Source of the DNA: an uncultured Gammaproteobacteria bacterium
Lineage (GTDB): Bacteria > Patescibacteriota > Microgenomatia > Levybacterales > UBA12049
Length of the DNA: 64,000 nucleotides
Direction of reading: 5' to 3'
Assembly (NCBI GenBank): GCA_964507055.1
Contig: CAZDOJ010000001.1
Span: 1,105,313-1,169,312, forward strand
This document shows, piece by piece, positions 18,598 through 28,509 of this stretch (its first letter is position 1; the number at the start of each line of letters is the position of its first letter). The notes beneath the pieces were generated by a model. The model was given only the letters and a program-made list of their open reading frames with translations, was not told the origin of the DNA and did no database searches. A program made the position numbers and the translations under genes.

Positions 18598-19073
18598 AAT
18601 GTTGGTTTAGTAATTTTTCTTTTTGCTCCTGATAATTCTTTGACTTCTTTTTCAAAGTCTCCTGCTTCAACAAAGCGTTTGAATACACTCGCAAAACGAA
18701 TATACGCTACTTTATCTAACTGCTTTAATCGAGCTGCAACTATCTCCCCTATTAATTCACTTTTAACTTCAAGTGAGCCCATTGTTCGTAATTCTCGGCT
18801 CACTTCGTTAATGATTTTCTCAATCACACTTGCCGGAACTACGGTTTTCTCACATGATTTTAAAAGTCCAGTTTTTAGCTTCTCACGGTTAAATTGCTCT
18901 CTGCGTCCGTCCCGTTTGATTACAATCAGTTGTACATGTTCAACTCGTTCGTACGTCGTAAATCGCTTGCAACATGCCAGGCAAGCTCTTCTCCTACGAA
19001 TTGTGTCCATGTCCGAGCTATCGCGTGTCTCTACAACCTCTGAATCCTTGCTTCCACAGTACGGGCAGTGCAT
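18594..19073 (-). CDS. nrdR: transcriptional repressor NrdR
   Basis: 'MHCPYCGSKDSEVVETRDSSDMDTIRRRRACLACCKRFTTYERVE' zinc ribbon + ATP-cone. Confidence 0.9.
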   Translation of the reverse strand: MHCPYCGSKDSEVVETRDSSDMDTIRRRRACLACCKRFTTYERVEHVQLIVIKRDGRREQFNREKLKTGLLKSCEKTVVPASVIEKIINEVSRELRTMGSLEVKSELIGEIVAARLKQLDKVAYIRFASVFKRFVEAGDFEKEVKELSGAKRKITKPTL

Positions 19074-19283
19074 ATAACCTTTCTATTAAAGAGGATCTTA
19101 CATGCCTTTAAGATGACTCTTCAATAACATATCTAGTGCTATAAAAACGATACACCACTACATCTATAGCGTCAACTATAAAGAACTGTATCAAATTAAT
19201 CACTAGCTTCAACTGTATACATTTATATCATCGTTTTCTTACACTGGTTTTAGGAGAAATTAATAATTCTTATAAATGGGGAT

Positions 19284-19820
19284 TTATTGACGAAGGGATG
19301 CAGACATTAACGACAATTCTTCAGCACGCTTTTTTGTCTCTTTATATTTATCCTGATCTTGTGCATTGAGGGATTTTTTTAACTCTTCAACTGCCAAAAG
19401 ATGCTTTTTACTTGCTTGCTGCACTTTCTCTGCCATTTCTTGAATATTCATTCCTTCTTTTTGTGCAGCTCTTGTCTGAACAATTGCCTCTTCTAAATAC
19501 TGCTGTCCATATGTAAGCGTCGTTTGAGCTAACTCTGGATTATTTTTCTGGGTAATCAAAACATGTGTTGCAGAAAACTGCTTGTCTGCCTGTAACAATG
19601 CAAAATCAGCTTTTTCGATAGGTTTTCCTTTGAAGAAGCCTACAACATTATCTCGAGCAATTTTAAGAAAATATAATGGATGATCTGGAAGGAGACCTGG
19701 ATAGACTTGATCATAAGAGGCAGAAGGAGATGAGGTATCTTCAGCATACACAGACACTACAGCACTTTGTGTTACACAAATGACAACCAAACAGCTAACG
19801 ATATATTTTAGAGTATTCAT
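19284..19820 (-). CDS. hypothetical secreted protein
   Basis: 178 aa; N-terminal signal peptide 'LVVICVTQSAVVSVYA', charged helical C-terminus. Confidence 0.35.
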   Translation of the reverse strand: MNTLKYIVSCLVVICVTQSAVVSVYAEDTSSPSASYDQVYPGLLPDHPLYFLKIARDNVVGFFKGKPIEKADFALLQADKQFSATHVLITQKNNPELAQTTLTYGQQYLEEAIVQTRAAQKEGMNIQEMAEKVQQASKKHLLAVEELKKSLNAQDQDKYKETKKRAEELSLMSASLRQ

Positions 19821-19825
19821 ACGCT

Positions 19826-20425
19826 TTATTTTACCTTAAGGGCTTCGAGAACAAGTTCCAAACTTTCGTCTTGGTTATGCGAAAAACTATTTACCATCAT
19901 GTCATAATATTTCTTATCCCAATAAATCCAATCCGGATCATTATTGACATACAGTCTTCGCCATTTGGCTAAATTACCATGTTCACGATCTCGGACGTCC
20001 ATCTTTGCTTCTTCGACAGAAATATTTTTTCTATTTACTAATCTATCAATGCGGACATCTTGTTTATCAATCCCGTCCTCTTCACAGATTACACCTATCT
20101 TAAAGACATTAGGGACATCTTGTGCAAAAAATCCTGCTAAATGACTTTGTACAACTGCGTGTTGATCATTACGGATCATCTCTTTCAATTTGTCATCAAA
20201 CCAAAGTTCATGACTATCAGGACGTGCATTTACATCAACTTCATTCCCATGAAGTTCTTCTTTGTAGAACTTATCGACCAGTGCTCCACCTTCCCAAAAA
20301 CTCCAGCCAAAATGATCTGCTATTTTTTGTGCCAATGTAGTTGCTCCAGTTGCGATACGTCCGGAGACGGTTATAAGACGAATGCCAGGTATTTCAATCG
20401 GATTTGCCATAAATATAAAAACCAA
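19826..20425 (-). CDS. cytidylate kinase-like family protein (PF13189-like P-loop NTPase)
   Basis: 'ITVSGRIATGATTLAQKIADHFGW' degenerate P-loop characteristic of CMP-kinase-like family 2. Confidence 0.5.
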   Translation of the reverse strand: MVFIFMANPIEIPGIRLITVSGRIATGATTLAQKIADHFGWSFWEGGALVDKFYKEELHGNEVDVNARPDSHELWFDDKLKEMIRNDQHAVVQSHLAGFFAQDVPNVFKIGVICEEDGIDKQDVRIDRLVNRKNISVEEAKMDVRDREHGNLAKWRRLYVNNDPDWIYWDKKYYDMMVNSFSHNQDESLELVLEALKVK

Positions 20426-20505
20426 AAATCAAAACTTACAAATAAGAGATGAATAGTATTATACTATACATCGATATTTACTTATAACTTCTGATTTTTG
20501 CAGTA

Positions 20506-21576
20506 CTATTGTTGTGGAGCAGTTTGAGGAGCAGATCTTCTTCCGACCATGATAGTTTCTTCAACTAATCGATTTGCATATCCGTATTCATTATCATACC
20601 AAGCTATAACTTTAAGCATATTACCGCCAACAATTTGTGTTAAAGACAAATCAACAATACTTGAATGAGAATTACCTATTATATCACTTGAAACCAATGG
20701 ATCTTCGGTTACAGCGAGGATACCTTTGTAGGCGGGATTTTCTGATTCTTGCTTAAAGATCTGATTAACTTCTTCTTTGGTTGTATCCTTGTTCAGAAGA
20801 AACGTAATATCAGAGAGTGAACCAACAGGTACAGGGACACGGAAAGAAACCCCTGCAAAGTTTCCCTTTAATGCAGGAAGAGCTTCAGTCGCTGCAATTG
20901 TTGCACCTGTTGAAGTCGGAATAATATTCAATCCAGCAGCACGTGCTCGTCGATAGTCTTTATGCCCCCCATCGTGGAGCCTTTGATCTGAAGTGTATCC
21001 ATGAATTGTTGTCATCATCGCTTTTTGAATACCGAAATGATCCTGAATAATCTTTGATGGAGGTGTAATGCAATTTGTTGTGCAAGAAGCATTACTGATA
21101 ACTTGCTCGCCAGCATATTTACTATCATTTACAGAGATAACGTATGTTGGGATTGGCTCTCCATCCTTTGCTGGAGCAGAAAGAACCGCTGCTTTTGCAC
21201 CTGCTGCAAGGTGTGCTTTGATCTTTTCCATACTGGTAAAGGCACCAGTAGATTCGATAACAACATCGACATTATGCTTACCCCATGGCAGAAGTGTTGG
21301 GTCTTTCTGTGAATAGACAGGAATTTCTTTTCCACCTACGATGAGGTGTCCAAGAAAATCTTTTTGTGTTTCATCTGTATTTGGACGAACACTTACTTCT
21401 TGAGGGAGCAAACCATAAACGCTATCGTATTTAAGAAGATACATCCAACCTTGAATGTCTGTAGAATGTCCCGCGTTGATGGCAGCAATTTCAATATCTT
21501 CATTGTGCCATTGGAGAATTACTCTGTGTGCTATACGCCCTATTCTTCCGTATCCGTTAATCGCGACTCGAACCAT
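20506..21576 (-). CDS. gap: glyceraldehyde-3-phosphate dehydrogenase
   Basis: 'MVRVAINGYGRIGR' NAD-binding N-terminus and catalytic 'SNASCTTNC'; start taken at MVRV (21576) rather than ORF-track 21600. Confidence 0.9.
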   Translation of the reverse strand: MVRVAINGYGRIGRIAHRVILQWHNEDIEIAAINAGHSTDIQGWMYLLKYDSVYGLLPQEVSVRPNTDETQKDFLGHLIVGGKEIPVYSQKDPTLLPWGKHNVDVVIESTGAFTSMEKIKAHLAAGAKAAVLSAPAKDGEPIPTYVISVNDSKYAGEQVISNASCTTNCITPPSKIIQDHFGIQKAMMTTIHGYTSDQRLHDGGHKDYRRARAAGLNIIPTSTGATIAATEALPALKGNFAGVSFRVPVPVGSLSDITFLLNKDTTKEEVNQIFKQESENPAYKGILAVTEDPLVSSDIIGNSHSSIVDLSLTQIVGGNMLKVIAWYDNEYGYANRLVEETIMVGRRSAPQTAPQQ

Positions 21577-21620
21577 ATAATATAGTATTATATAATCCAC
21601 AAAAAATTACAATGGATCAT

Positions 21621-22517
21621 TCAGGATCTTTTTGTATACTTTTTCTTTCGGACTGCCAACACAAACCAAATTACACCGACAATTACCACCACTGCTTGCA
21701 CTCCAAGGATAATTGCACCGACAGTATTAGTCGCAAATGTATATCCTTCTGTGTTTTTAGCATTAGTCAGCATTGTATACGCGTAAACTATAAACCCATT
21801 TTTGTCTGTGGCTTTAACAATTGGAGTGACAATTGCAGGATCGGTTGTGTATGTATGGACAGGATTCTTTTCAGAACTCTTCCCTCCTTCACCAAAATCC
21901 CACATATACGAAACAGTATCTCCAGTTGGCTTATTTTTGGTTTCCACATTAAAAGCAATTGGAGCTTTCATGTTCACTTCCTGGGATTCATTCCGAAATG
22001 CTTTCTGATTTGCGGTAATAATAATTTCAGGAAGTACGTATGTACCGTCGGGAAAAACATTCAGCTGAACTATCTCAATTACTTGCGGTTTTGCAACAGT
22101 ATCATCATTAAAATCTGCATAAATCGTAACCACTTTGGATCCGATTTGCTTGTATGTATGTTTGACTTCTGTTCCTGTCGCGGTTGTGCCATCACCGAGC
22201 TCCCATTTGTATGTTATTTTATTAAGAACATCATCAGCATAAACTTGTCTGAGGACTGGGGTATCGATAAAAAATGTTATCTCCTTATTAACAGAGAATC
22301 GTTCTGTAGCAAGATCTTCAGGGACAATAAAGCTTGTAGGGACAACTGTTTCTTTACGTACTGGATTCATGTCGGGAAATGTACCATTAATTCGCAAAAA
22401 AGGGATTAGTCCCTCAGCATGGGCACCAACCTGCTGTACTGAAGCAAAGAAAAATAATAGAACAAGAAGAATCGCTTTTTGCATATATCTATAGTACCAA
22501 AAAGGCGGATATTTCAC
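21621..22517 (-). CDS. PKD-domain surface protein with C-terminal membrane anchor
   Basis: signal peptide; two PKD-like repeats 'WELGDGTTATGTEVKHTY' and 'WDFGEGGKSSEKNPVHTYT'; C-terminal TM + basic tail. Confidence 0.55.
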   Translation of the reverse strand: MKYPPFWYYRYMQKAILLVLLFFFASVQQVGAHAEGLIPFLRINGTFPDMNPVRKETVVPTSFIVPEDLATERFSVNKEITFFIDTPVLRQVYADDVLNKITYKWELGDGTTATGTEVKHTYKQIGSKVVTIYADFNDDTVAKPQVIEIVQLNVFPDGTYVLPEIIITANQKAFRNESQEVNMKAPIAFNVETKNKPTGDTVSYMWDFGEGGKSSEKNPVHTYTTDPAIVTPIVKATDKNGFIVYAYTMLTNAKNTEGYTFATNTVGAIILGVQAVVVIVGVIWFVLAVRKKKYTKRS

Positions 22518-22549
22518 CGCCTTTTCAATAATGCTTTTAGTAATAACTA

Positions 22550-23197
22550 TTAATTCTTCTTTCTTTTACGTGTCTGATAGAGAGCTACTGAAGAAAGAGT
22601 AATTGCAACTACACTCAAAACAAAAGTAACTTTTGTCGGAAGATCTTGCTTCCGTATGTCGTTGGTTGGTTCTTTTGGTGCAGCAGCCAAATCATTAACG
22701 ATTTTGGTCTGGGAATATGGACCTTTTGTATCATCTTCATCCTCATGTCCATGCTGAGCTTTTGGATCTTGATCCCATGAAACAACAGTACCATCTTCAT
22801 AGGTTTGATACGCCTTCCAAATAACATTTGTTTCTGCTGCAGGAACTTGTGCACTAAACATAAATTCATCACGTTGACCTGCAGGAACTGTTCCGCCAGT
22901 CCAGATAATTTCTGTCACTTTCGCATCTTCACCTTCACCAGTTTTTTTGACATCGATAGTCCAGCCTGGTTTTACATTTGGCGTTACATAATTTAATCCA
23001 TCAGGAATTACCAAACGAATTTCCGTTGTCGGAATATCCTTTTCAACAGGAACTCCAACAGTAAATGTTTGGAATGCTGCTGCTCCAACTTGGTTTGGCT
23101 TCACAGTAACATGAGCAAACGCTGGAGACGCACTGAGAAATAGACCAGAAATAACAATTGTACTTATAACGATTTTTTTTATTTGCATAATTAACAC
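22550..23197 (-). CDS. YcnI-like (DUF1775) putative copper-binding surface protein
   Basis: signal peptide ending 'AFAHVTVKP' (mature N-terminal His), 'PGW' motif, C-terminal TM anchor. Confidence 0.55.
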   Translation of the reverse strand: MLIMQIKKIVISTIVISGLFLSASPAFAHVTVKPNQVGAAAFQTFTVGVPVEKDIPTTEIRLVIPDGLNYVTPNVKPGWTIDVKKTGEGEDAKVTEIIWTGGTVPAGQRDEFMFSAQVPAAETNVIWKAYQTYEDGTVVSWDQDPKAQHGHEDEDDTKGPYSQTKIVNDLAAAPKEPTNDIRKQDLPTKVTFVLSVVAITLSSVALYQTRKRKKN

Positions 23198-23254
23198 CTC
23201 CTTTCTTTGAGGGATCTATACATGTTTTGTATGTATTTTACTAAAAGCTTGGGA

Positions 23255-23683
23255 TTAGAAACTTCGTGGAGGGGCACGAGTGGACAGAAGAACAAATGCA
23301 GGATTCAAATGAACCATTGGGAGAACATCTCGCTTTTTATACAGAAGCGAAACGAATGGACTTACAATAAAAACTACTATGACTGTTGCAATCTGAGGCA
23401 TACAACAAGGATGTTGTGATAGCGATTGCGATTGATGATGCATTTGCATCATTGGAACAAACGGCATGATATGCAAAAGCATGAAGATGAGAAGAACCGT
23501 TATTGCAAGATAACTCTGCTTCACACTTGATCGAAGAAATAGTAAAAGTGTTGGAAGGACAAGAAGTATAAATGGTACTGTTGTGTCATGGTGATGTCCA
23601 TTATTTGCAAACAGCACCATACTACTTATTCCAAAATAGATAAACAGCAAAAACCAATGAGACTGCAATAGTTTTAAATTCAT
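23255..23683 (-). CDS. hypothetical His-rich membrane protein
   Basis: 142 aa, 4 TM, 'NNGHHHDTT' and 'MQMHHQSQS...HPCCMPQ' potential metal ligands. Confidence 0.3.
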   Translation of the reverse strand: MNLKLLQSHWFLLFIYFGISSMVLFANNGHHHDTTVPFILLVLPTLLLFLRSSVKQSYLAITVLLIFMLLHIMPFVPMMQMHHQSQSLSQHPCCMPQIATVIVVFIVSPFVSLLYKKRDVLPMVHLNPAFVLLSTRAPPRSF

Positions 23684-24228
23684 TTTGATTTGGCAGGTTT
23701 TTTCTTTCTACTTAAGACGAGTCCAACAATTATAACAACTGCAGCTATAAGTACAATATATTTTATATTCTGATCATTTCCCGATTCAGAAATTGATGGA
23801 GAAGATTCCTCACGTTCAACTCGAATATCCCACGTTAATGTAAAAGATTCAAACTCTCCAGGAGTTATTGGAGTACCGGATACTGAAACAGTATAAATTC
23901 CTTTTTGAGGAAAGGTGTAATACACACTTACATTTTCCAAACTTGGATTAGCAGAATCCTGAAAAAGCGATTGTGTATTAAGGACTTGGCCATTTTGTTT
24001 TACAGTAAAAGTACAGTTACATTTTTCAGGAGAGAATGCTTTTTTTGTATCTTTAAATTCAAAGAAAAATCCACTTTCCTGTCCGGCAATCGGATCATCT
24101 TCAGGATTTATATGGATAACTGCTCCAATTGATCCATCAGTTTTTAGGACATGTGCATAAGCTTTTTGTGTCGGAACAAAAAGAGTAAAAGCAAAAAGAA
24201 ACACTAGTGAAAAGAGTAATTTTCTCAT
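23680..24228 (-). CDS. hypothetical secreted protein with C-terminal anchor (possible CopC/YcnI-like metal-binding)
   Basis: signal peptide ending 'KAYAHVLKT', beta-rich body, C-terminal TM + KKKPAKSK. Confidence 0.3.
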   Translation of the reverse strand: MRKLLFSLVFLFAFTLFVPTQKAYAHVLKTDGSIGAVIHINPEDDPIAGQESGFFFEFKDTKKAFSPEKCNCTFTVKQNGQVLNTQSLFQDSANPSLENVSVYYTFPQKGIYTVSVSGTPITPGEFESFTLTWDIRVEREESSPSISESGNDQNIKYIVLIAAVVIIVGLVLSRKKKPAKSK

Positions 24229-24235
24229 AAATAAT

Positions 24236-25798
24236 TTACTTCACATTTATCGTATAGTCAGCAACAATACGTTGTCCATCAGGATTAAATTCTGCGAAGA
24301 TTCGATAGACTCCAGGACGAATTGGATCAGTCAAAGTCATCGGCATGAACGTCACTTCAGGTCCACCATTTGCATTCGGTCCAAAAGGAACACCAAGTGG
24401 ATGAACATGCAAATAAGCATAATTTGTTTGATGGATCATAACAAGATGACCAAATGCTCCGAGATACGGTTTGAGCGTCCTGACTGGTTTCTTAGTCTGA
24501 GCATCTTTAATAAGAAATGTCATTATCTGATTTCCCAACATCATATCTTTGGCATGTAATTCTTTTTCCGTAGATAAAGTTATCTCGTATTTACCGAACT
24601 GTTTTGTCATATTTGTATCAATTTTTTGTTCTGACCGTTGACTTACTATTTCGCCGTCTGAGCCAACATGCAAACTAAACCCCACCTGCTGTTCCACTGC
24701 CCCTACAGGTTGATATGACAAATATGCACGGTACACTCCAGGATTTGGAAATTTCGTCGTTATAGTAAAAGTATTACCGTCTCTTTGCGGATGAATATGT
24801 TCAAATGTCTGAAGTGTGTTATCAACGATAATTAAGTGAGCTTCTTTTTCATACACTTTTTTATAAAGATTTACAGGACTACCATTGATAGCATTGTAGA
24901 GAACGAACTTTAAAGTAACATCTTCATTTGGACTAATTATTTCTGGCTTTTCTAATCCCACGGTAAATCGCAAAGACTTATCCCCTTGCATGCTGGCAAG
25001 TAATGGACTTTCTACACCAGAAGATTGTTGTTGTTCGAGTTGTTGCAAATGTTTGGAATGTAATCCAATTGAAACTGCACCTTGCTGAGGAAAGAAAACA
25101 AAATATCCACCGAGAATAATTGCTCCGGATATGAGCATCGATGCATAGTTAAATTGTGGATTGAGTGAAAATTTTCTTTGTAAAAAGGCATCAACTCGAA
25201 GTGCTTCAAGGAAGAATAAAAATGCCAAAGCAACAAAAGTTATCATTGGAATTAGTGTGGAAATATCCTGATAATGAGTTCCTAGAAGAAGCATATGAAG
25301 CAAAGTAAAAATCCCAGCAACATAGACAAATCGCTGTAATATTTTCCATCGAGGAAATGTCATTTTTTTAATCACCGCATCAAACGATGTTATTGCTTGG
25401 AAGAATAAAATGATGAGAGAGATGAAGCTAATACTTAACGCCAGCACATAATTTGTCGTAAGAAAGCTTAAACCAGCAAACCCATTCAACTGTCCAAAAA
25501 ATGCGATAACTCCATGCAATAAAGCGAAGTAAAAAGCAGAAACTCCAAGTGCACGACGTGACTTAAGATATTGCTTACCCCAGGAGAAATTTGGAAACAT
25601 ATAGACAAAAGGTCCAGCAAGAAGAGCAAGATATAAATAAACAACTGATACTAAACCGTATATTTGATTCAACCGAATTGTTTGTAGTTGTCCATCAGGA
25701 ATTGTTGTCACAACAAAGACATTAATAATGAGTGAGAGCACAATACTAAAAACTAATACGTAGAATCTAATATTTCGAAGTAATTCATTCATAACCAA
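24236..25798 (-). CDS. ferric-reductase-like transmembrane domain protein with large extracytoplasmic C-terminal domain
   Basis: 520 aa; N-terminal ~230 aa with 6 TM and conserved His pairs ('FALLHGVIAFF', 'LLHMLLLGTHY'); ~280-aa soluble C-terminal domain. Confidence 0.4.
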   Translation of the reverse strand: MVMNELLRNIRFYVLVFSIVLSLIINVFVVTTIPDGQLQTIRLNQIYGLVSVVYLYLALLAGPFVYMFPNFSWGKQYLKSRRALGVSAFYFALLHGVIAFFGQLNGFAGLSFLTTNYVLALSISFISLIILFFQAITSFDAVIKKMTFPRWKILQRFVYVAGIFTLLHMLLLGTHYQDISTLIPMITFVALAFLFFLEALRVDAFLQRKFSLNPQFNYASMLISGAIILGGYFVFFPQQGAVSIGLHSKHLQQLEQQQSSGVESPLLASMQGDKSLRFTVGLEKPEIISPNEDVTLKFVLYNAINGSPVNLYKKVYEKEAHLIIVDNTLQTFEHIHPQRDGNTFTITTKFPNPGVYRAYLSYQPVGAVEQQVGFSLHVGSDGEIVSQRSEQKIDTNMTKQFGKYEITLSTEKELHAKDMMLGNQIMTFLIKDAQTKKPVRTLKPYLGAFGHLVMIHQTNYAYLHVHPLGVPFGPNANGGPEVTFMPMTLTDPIRPGVYRIFAEFNPDGQRIVADYTINVK

Positions 25799-25829
25799 TC
25801 AAATTAATGATACAAGAACCTCAACCTAC

Positions 25830-26987
25830 ATGCAAAGCATGAATGGTATAATGGATGTATTCTCTATGCAAAAACTCATTCGCATTTTCTGTGCAGCGGT
25901 TGTAACGATTATTTTTTTCTTTACAACAATCCCTACTCATGCACAGACAACTCCGCAAGATTCTAAACCAAAAGAAGAAGTAAGTAAAGCAAAAGTGCTC
26001 CGCATACTTGAAGAAGGCCAAAAAGATATTGGCGGACAGAAGCAACTTTATCAAAAAGTTGAGGTTCAATTCCTTGATGGACCGGAAAAAGATAAAAAGC
26101 TAACAATCATGCATGGCGATATGATAACAATCCGTGAAGAGCAAAAAGTAAAACAAGATCAGAAAGTAGTTATTCTCAAAACATCTTCTCCGCAAACGAC
26201 ACTCTATCAAATCGTTGATAGCTATCGACTCGATAATCTTATTCCAATCATTGTATTTTTTCTCCTGCTTGTAATTACCATTAGCCGATGGAAGGGATTA
26301 GGATCATTAATTGGATTGGCGATCAGTCTTCTTGTGATCGTAAACTTTATCGTTCCGAATATTCTTGCCGGTGACGATCCATTAACAACAACTATTGTAG
26401 GTTCTCTTTTTATAATGGTAACTACAATTTATATCTCTCATGGTTTTAATCAGAAAACGCATATCGCGTTAATGGCAACCTGCATATCATTGGTTTTGAC
26501 AGGAATTCTTGCCTTTATATTTGTGCATGTGACTTCGTTGACTGGTTTGGGAAGTGAGGATGCTACGAGTTTACGATACGGTCCGACAGGAAATATCAAT
26601 TTCCAGGGATTATTACTTGGTGGAATCATCATCGGTACGCTTGGTGTGCTTGATGATATAACAACGGGCTTAGCATCAGCGATGCAAGAACTCGCAAAAA
26701 CAAATCATAAATTACAATTCAAACAACTCTTTGCAAGTGGACTTCGCATTGGCAGTGATCATATCGCTTCACTTGTAAACACGCTAGCTCTTGCCTATGC
26801 AGGTGCTGGGTTACCATTGTTCTTATTTATTGTACTCAATCCAAGTAACCAACCTTTGTGGTTCATCCTTAATAGCGAAATGCTTGTTGAAGAAATCATT
26901 AGAACGCTTGCAGGAAGTATTGGACTTATTATGGCAGTTCCCCTCACAGCACTCCTCGCAGCCTGGGCATTTCAGAAAAAAACCTGA
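25830..26987 (+). CDS. YibE/F-like polytopic membrane protein
   Basis: 385 aa, signal/TM then soluble ~100 aa then ~7 TM; weak family assignment. Confidence 0.35.
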   Translation: MQSMNGIMDVFSMQKLIRIFCAAVVTIIFFFTTIPTHAQTTPQDSKPKEEVSKAKVLRILEEGQKDIGGQKQLYQKVEVQFLDGPEKDKKLTIMHGDMITIREEQKVKQDQKVVILKTSSPQTTLYQIVDSYRLDNLIPIIVFFLLLVITISRWKGLGSLIGLAISLLVIVNFIVPNILAGDDPLTTTIVGSLFIMVTTIYISHGFNQKTHIALMATCISLVLTGILAFIFVHVTSLTGLGSEDATSLRYGPTGNINFQGLLLGGIIIGTLGVLDDITTGLASAMQELAKTNHKLQFKQLFASGLRIGSDHIASLVNTLALAYAGAGLPLFLFIVLNPSNQPLWFILNSEMLVEEIIRTLAGSIGLIMAVPLTALLAAWAFQKKT

Positions 26988-27047
26988 CATTTATAATGTC
27001 CCTCAAATGTCCAGTAATCCTTACATGCTCTTTTTATAATTAAAGTT

Positions 27048-28337
27048 ATGGCATCACATAACCCATGGTCCAGAGCAAAGAAGCAACTTACAAAAACGAG
27101 TGAACATCTCAAACTTGATCCGCTCCTCTTTGCACATCTCATCGAGCCAGAGAAAGTTATTGAAGTTTCACTGCCACTCAGACGGGACAATGGTGAAGTA
27201 CAAAATATTAAAGGGTATCGTGTCCAACATAATAGCCATCATGGACCATATAAAGGAGGCTTACGCTTTCATCCAGATGTTTCAATGGATGAGGTAAAAG
27301 CTCTCGCTTTTTGGATGACGGTAAAGACAGCACTTATTGATATCCCATTTGGAGGAGGAAAAGGTGGAATTACAGTTGATCCAAAAACTCTTTCAGAAGC
27401 GGAACTTGAGCGATTAACAAGAATCTTCACTCGCCGACTTTCTCATGCAATAGGTCCAGACAAAGATATCCCCGCTCCTGATGTGAATACAAATGGCAAA
27501 ATTATGTCTTGGATCGTTGATGAATACAGCAAAATTGTTGGAAAACATACACCAGGGGTGGTCACAGGCAAACCAATTGAGAACGGTGGATCACATGGAA
27601 GAACTGAAGCAACAGGACTTGGTGGATGCTATGCACTTTTAGAAATAGTGAAACGGAAAAAATTGGATCCATCAAAGCTTACGGTTGCTGTTCAAGGTTT
27701 TGGAAATGTCGGATATTATGCAGCATATTTCTTGCAGAAAAATGGTTTTAAGGTTGTCGCTCTTTCTGATTCAAAAGGAGGTATCTATATTCCGAATGGC
27801 TTGGCTGATATCGAACAAATAGAAAAATGTAAAAAAGAAAAGGGATACTTGGCAGGATGCTATTGCGTCGGATCTGTTTGCGATATTAATTATAAAGATC
27901 AGGTTAAAGGAAAAGATATAGCACCGGAAGAAATTCTTGAGTTACCTGTTGATATTATCGTCCCGTCAGCATTGGAAAATGTCATTACGAAAGATAATGC
28001 GTACAGAATAAAAGCCGATATCATTTTAGAAATGGCGAATGGTCCTACGACAGCAGAGGCAGACGAGATTTTACAAGCAAATGGCAAAACCATTATTCCA
28101 GATATTTTAGCCAATTCTGGTGGAGTTGCTGTAAGTTACTTTGAATGGTATCAAAATATTCATGAAGAGACATGGACCAAAGAAAAAGTCTTTAAGCAGT
28201 TGGAAGAAAAAATGACAAAGGCAGTCGATGCAGTCTACGAAGCTGCTGAAAATAATAATGTTTCACTTCGCGATGCAGCATATCTCGTGGCAATTAAAAG
28301 ACTCGACCGAACCTGGCAGAAGAATAATGTGAACTAA
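27048..28337 (+). CDS. gdhA: glutamate dehydrogenase (Glu/Leu/Phe/Val dehydrogenase family)
   Basis: 'YKGGLRFHPDVSMDEVKALAFWMTVKTALIDIPFGGGKGGI' signature; Rossmann 'VQGFGNVG'. Confidence 0.9.
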   Translation: MASHNPWSRAKKQLTKTSEHLKLDPLLFAHLIEPEKVIEVSLPLRRDNGEVQNIKGYRVQHNSHHGPYKGGLRFHPDVSMDEVKALAFWMTVKTALIDIPFGGGKGGITVDPKTLSEAELERLTRIFTRRLSHAIGPDKDIPAPDVNTNGKIMSWIVDEYSKIVGKHTPGVVTGKPIENGGSHGRTEATGLGGCYALLEIVKRKKLDPSKLTVAVQGFGNVGYYAAYFLQKNGFKVVALSDSKGGIYIPNGLADIEQIEKCKKEKGYLAGCYCVGSVCDINYKDQVKGKDIAPEEILELPVDIIVPSALENVITKDNAYRIKADIILEMANGPTTAEADEILQANGKTIIPDILANSGGVAVSYFEWYQNIHEETWTKEKVFKQLEEKMTKAVDAVYEAAENNNVSLRDAAYLVAIKRLDRTWQKNNVN

Positions 28338-28509
28338 AATTACTATATTCACAGCGTGCGTGTGGAAGTGTATAATAGAGTAGTCTTTTCATTTTAAAAC
28401 TGACGGAGTGATTACGTATAGATCAAAACGTAGCAACTACATCCAGTTCGCATGAATGTAGTTGACAACTCTGCCCCAATTGTAATTCAATTAAGAAAGA
28501 GGCTACTCT

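Noticed and set aside
21612-22409. 265-aa Cys-rich plus-strand ORF
   Set aside because: It is antisense to the PKD-domain protein gene and to the GAPDH gene end. Its low-complexity C/F/N-rich composition is typical of an AT-rich antisense frame.
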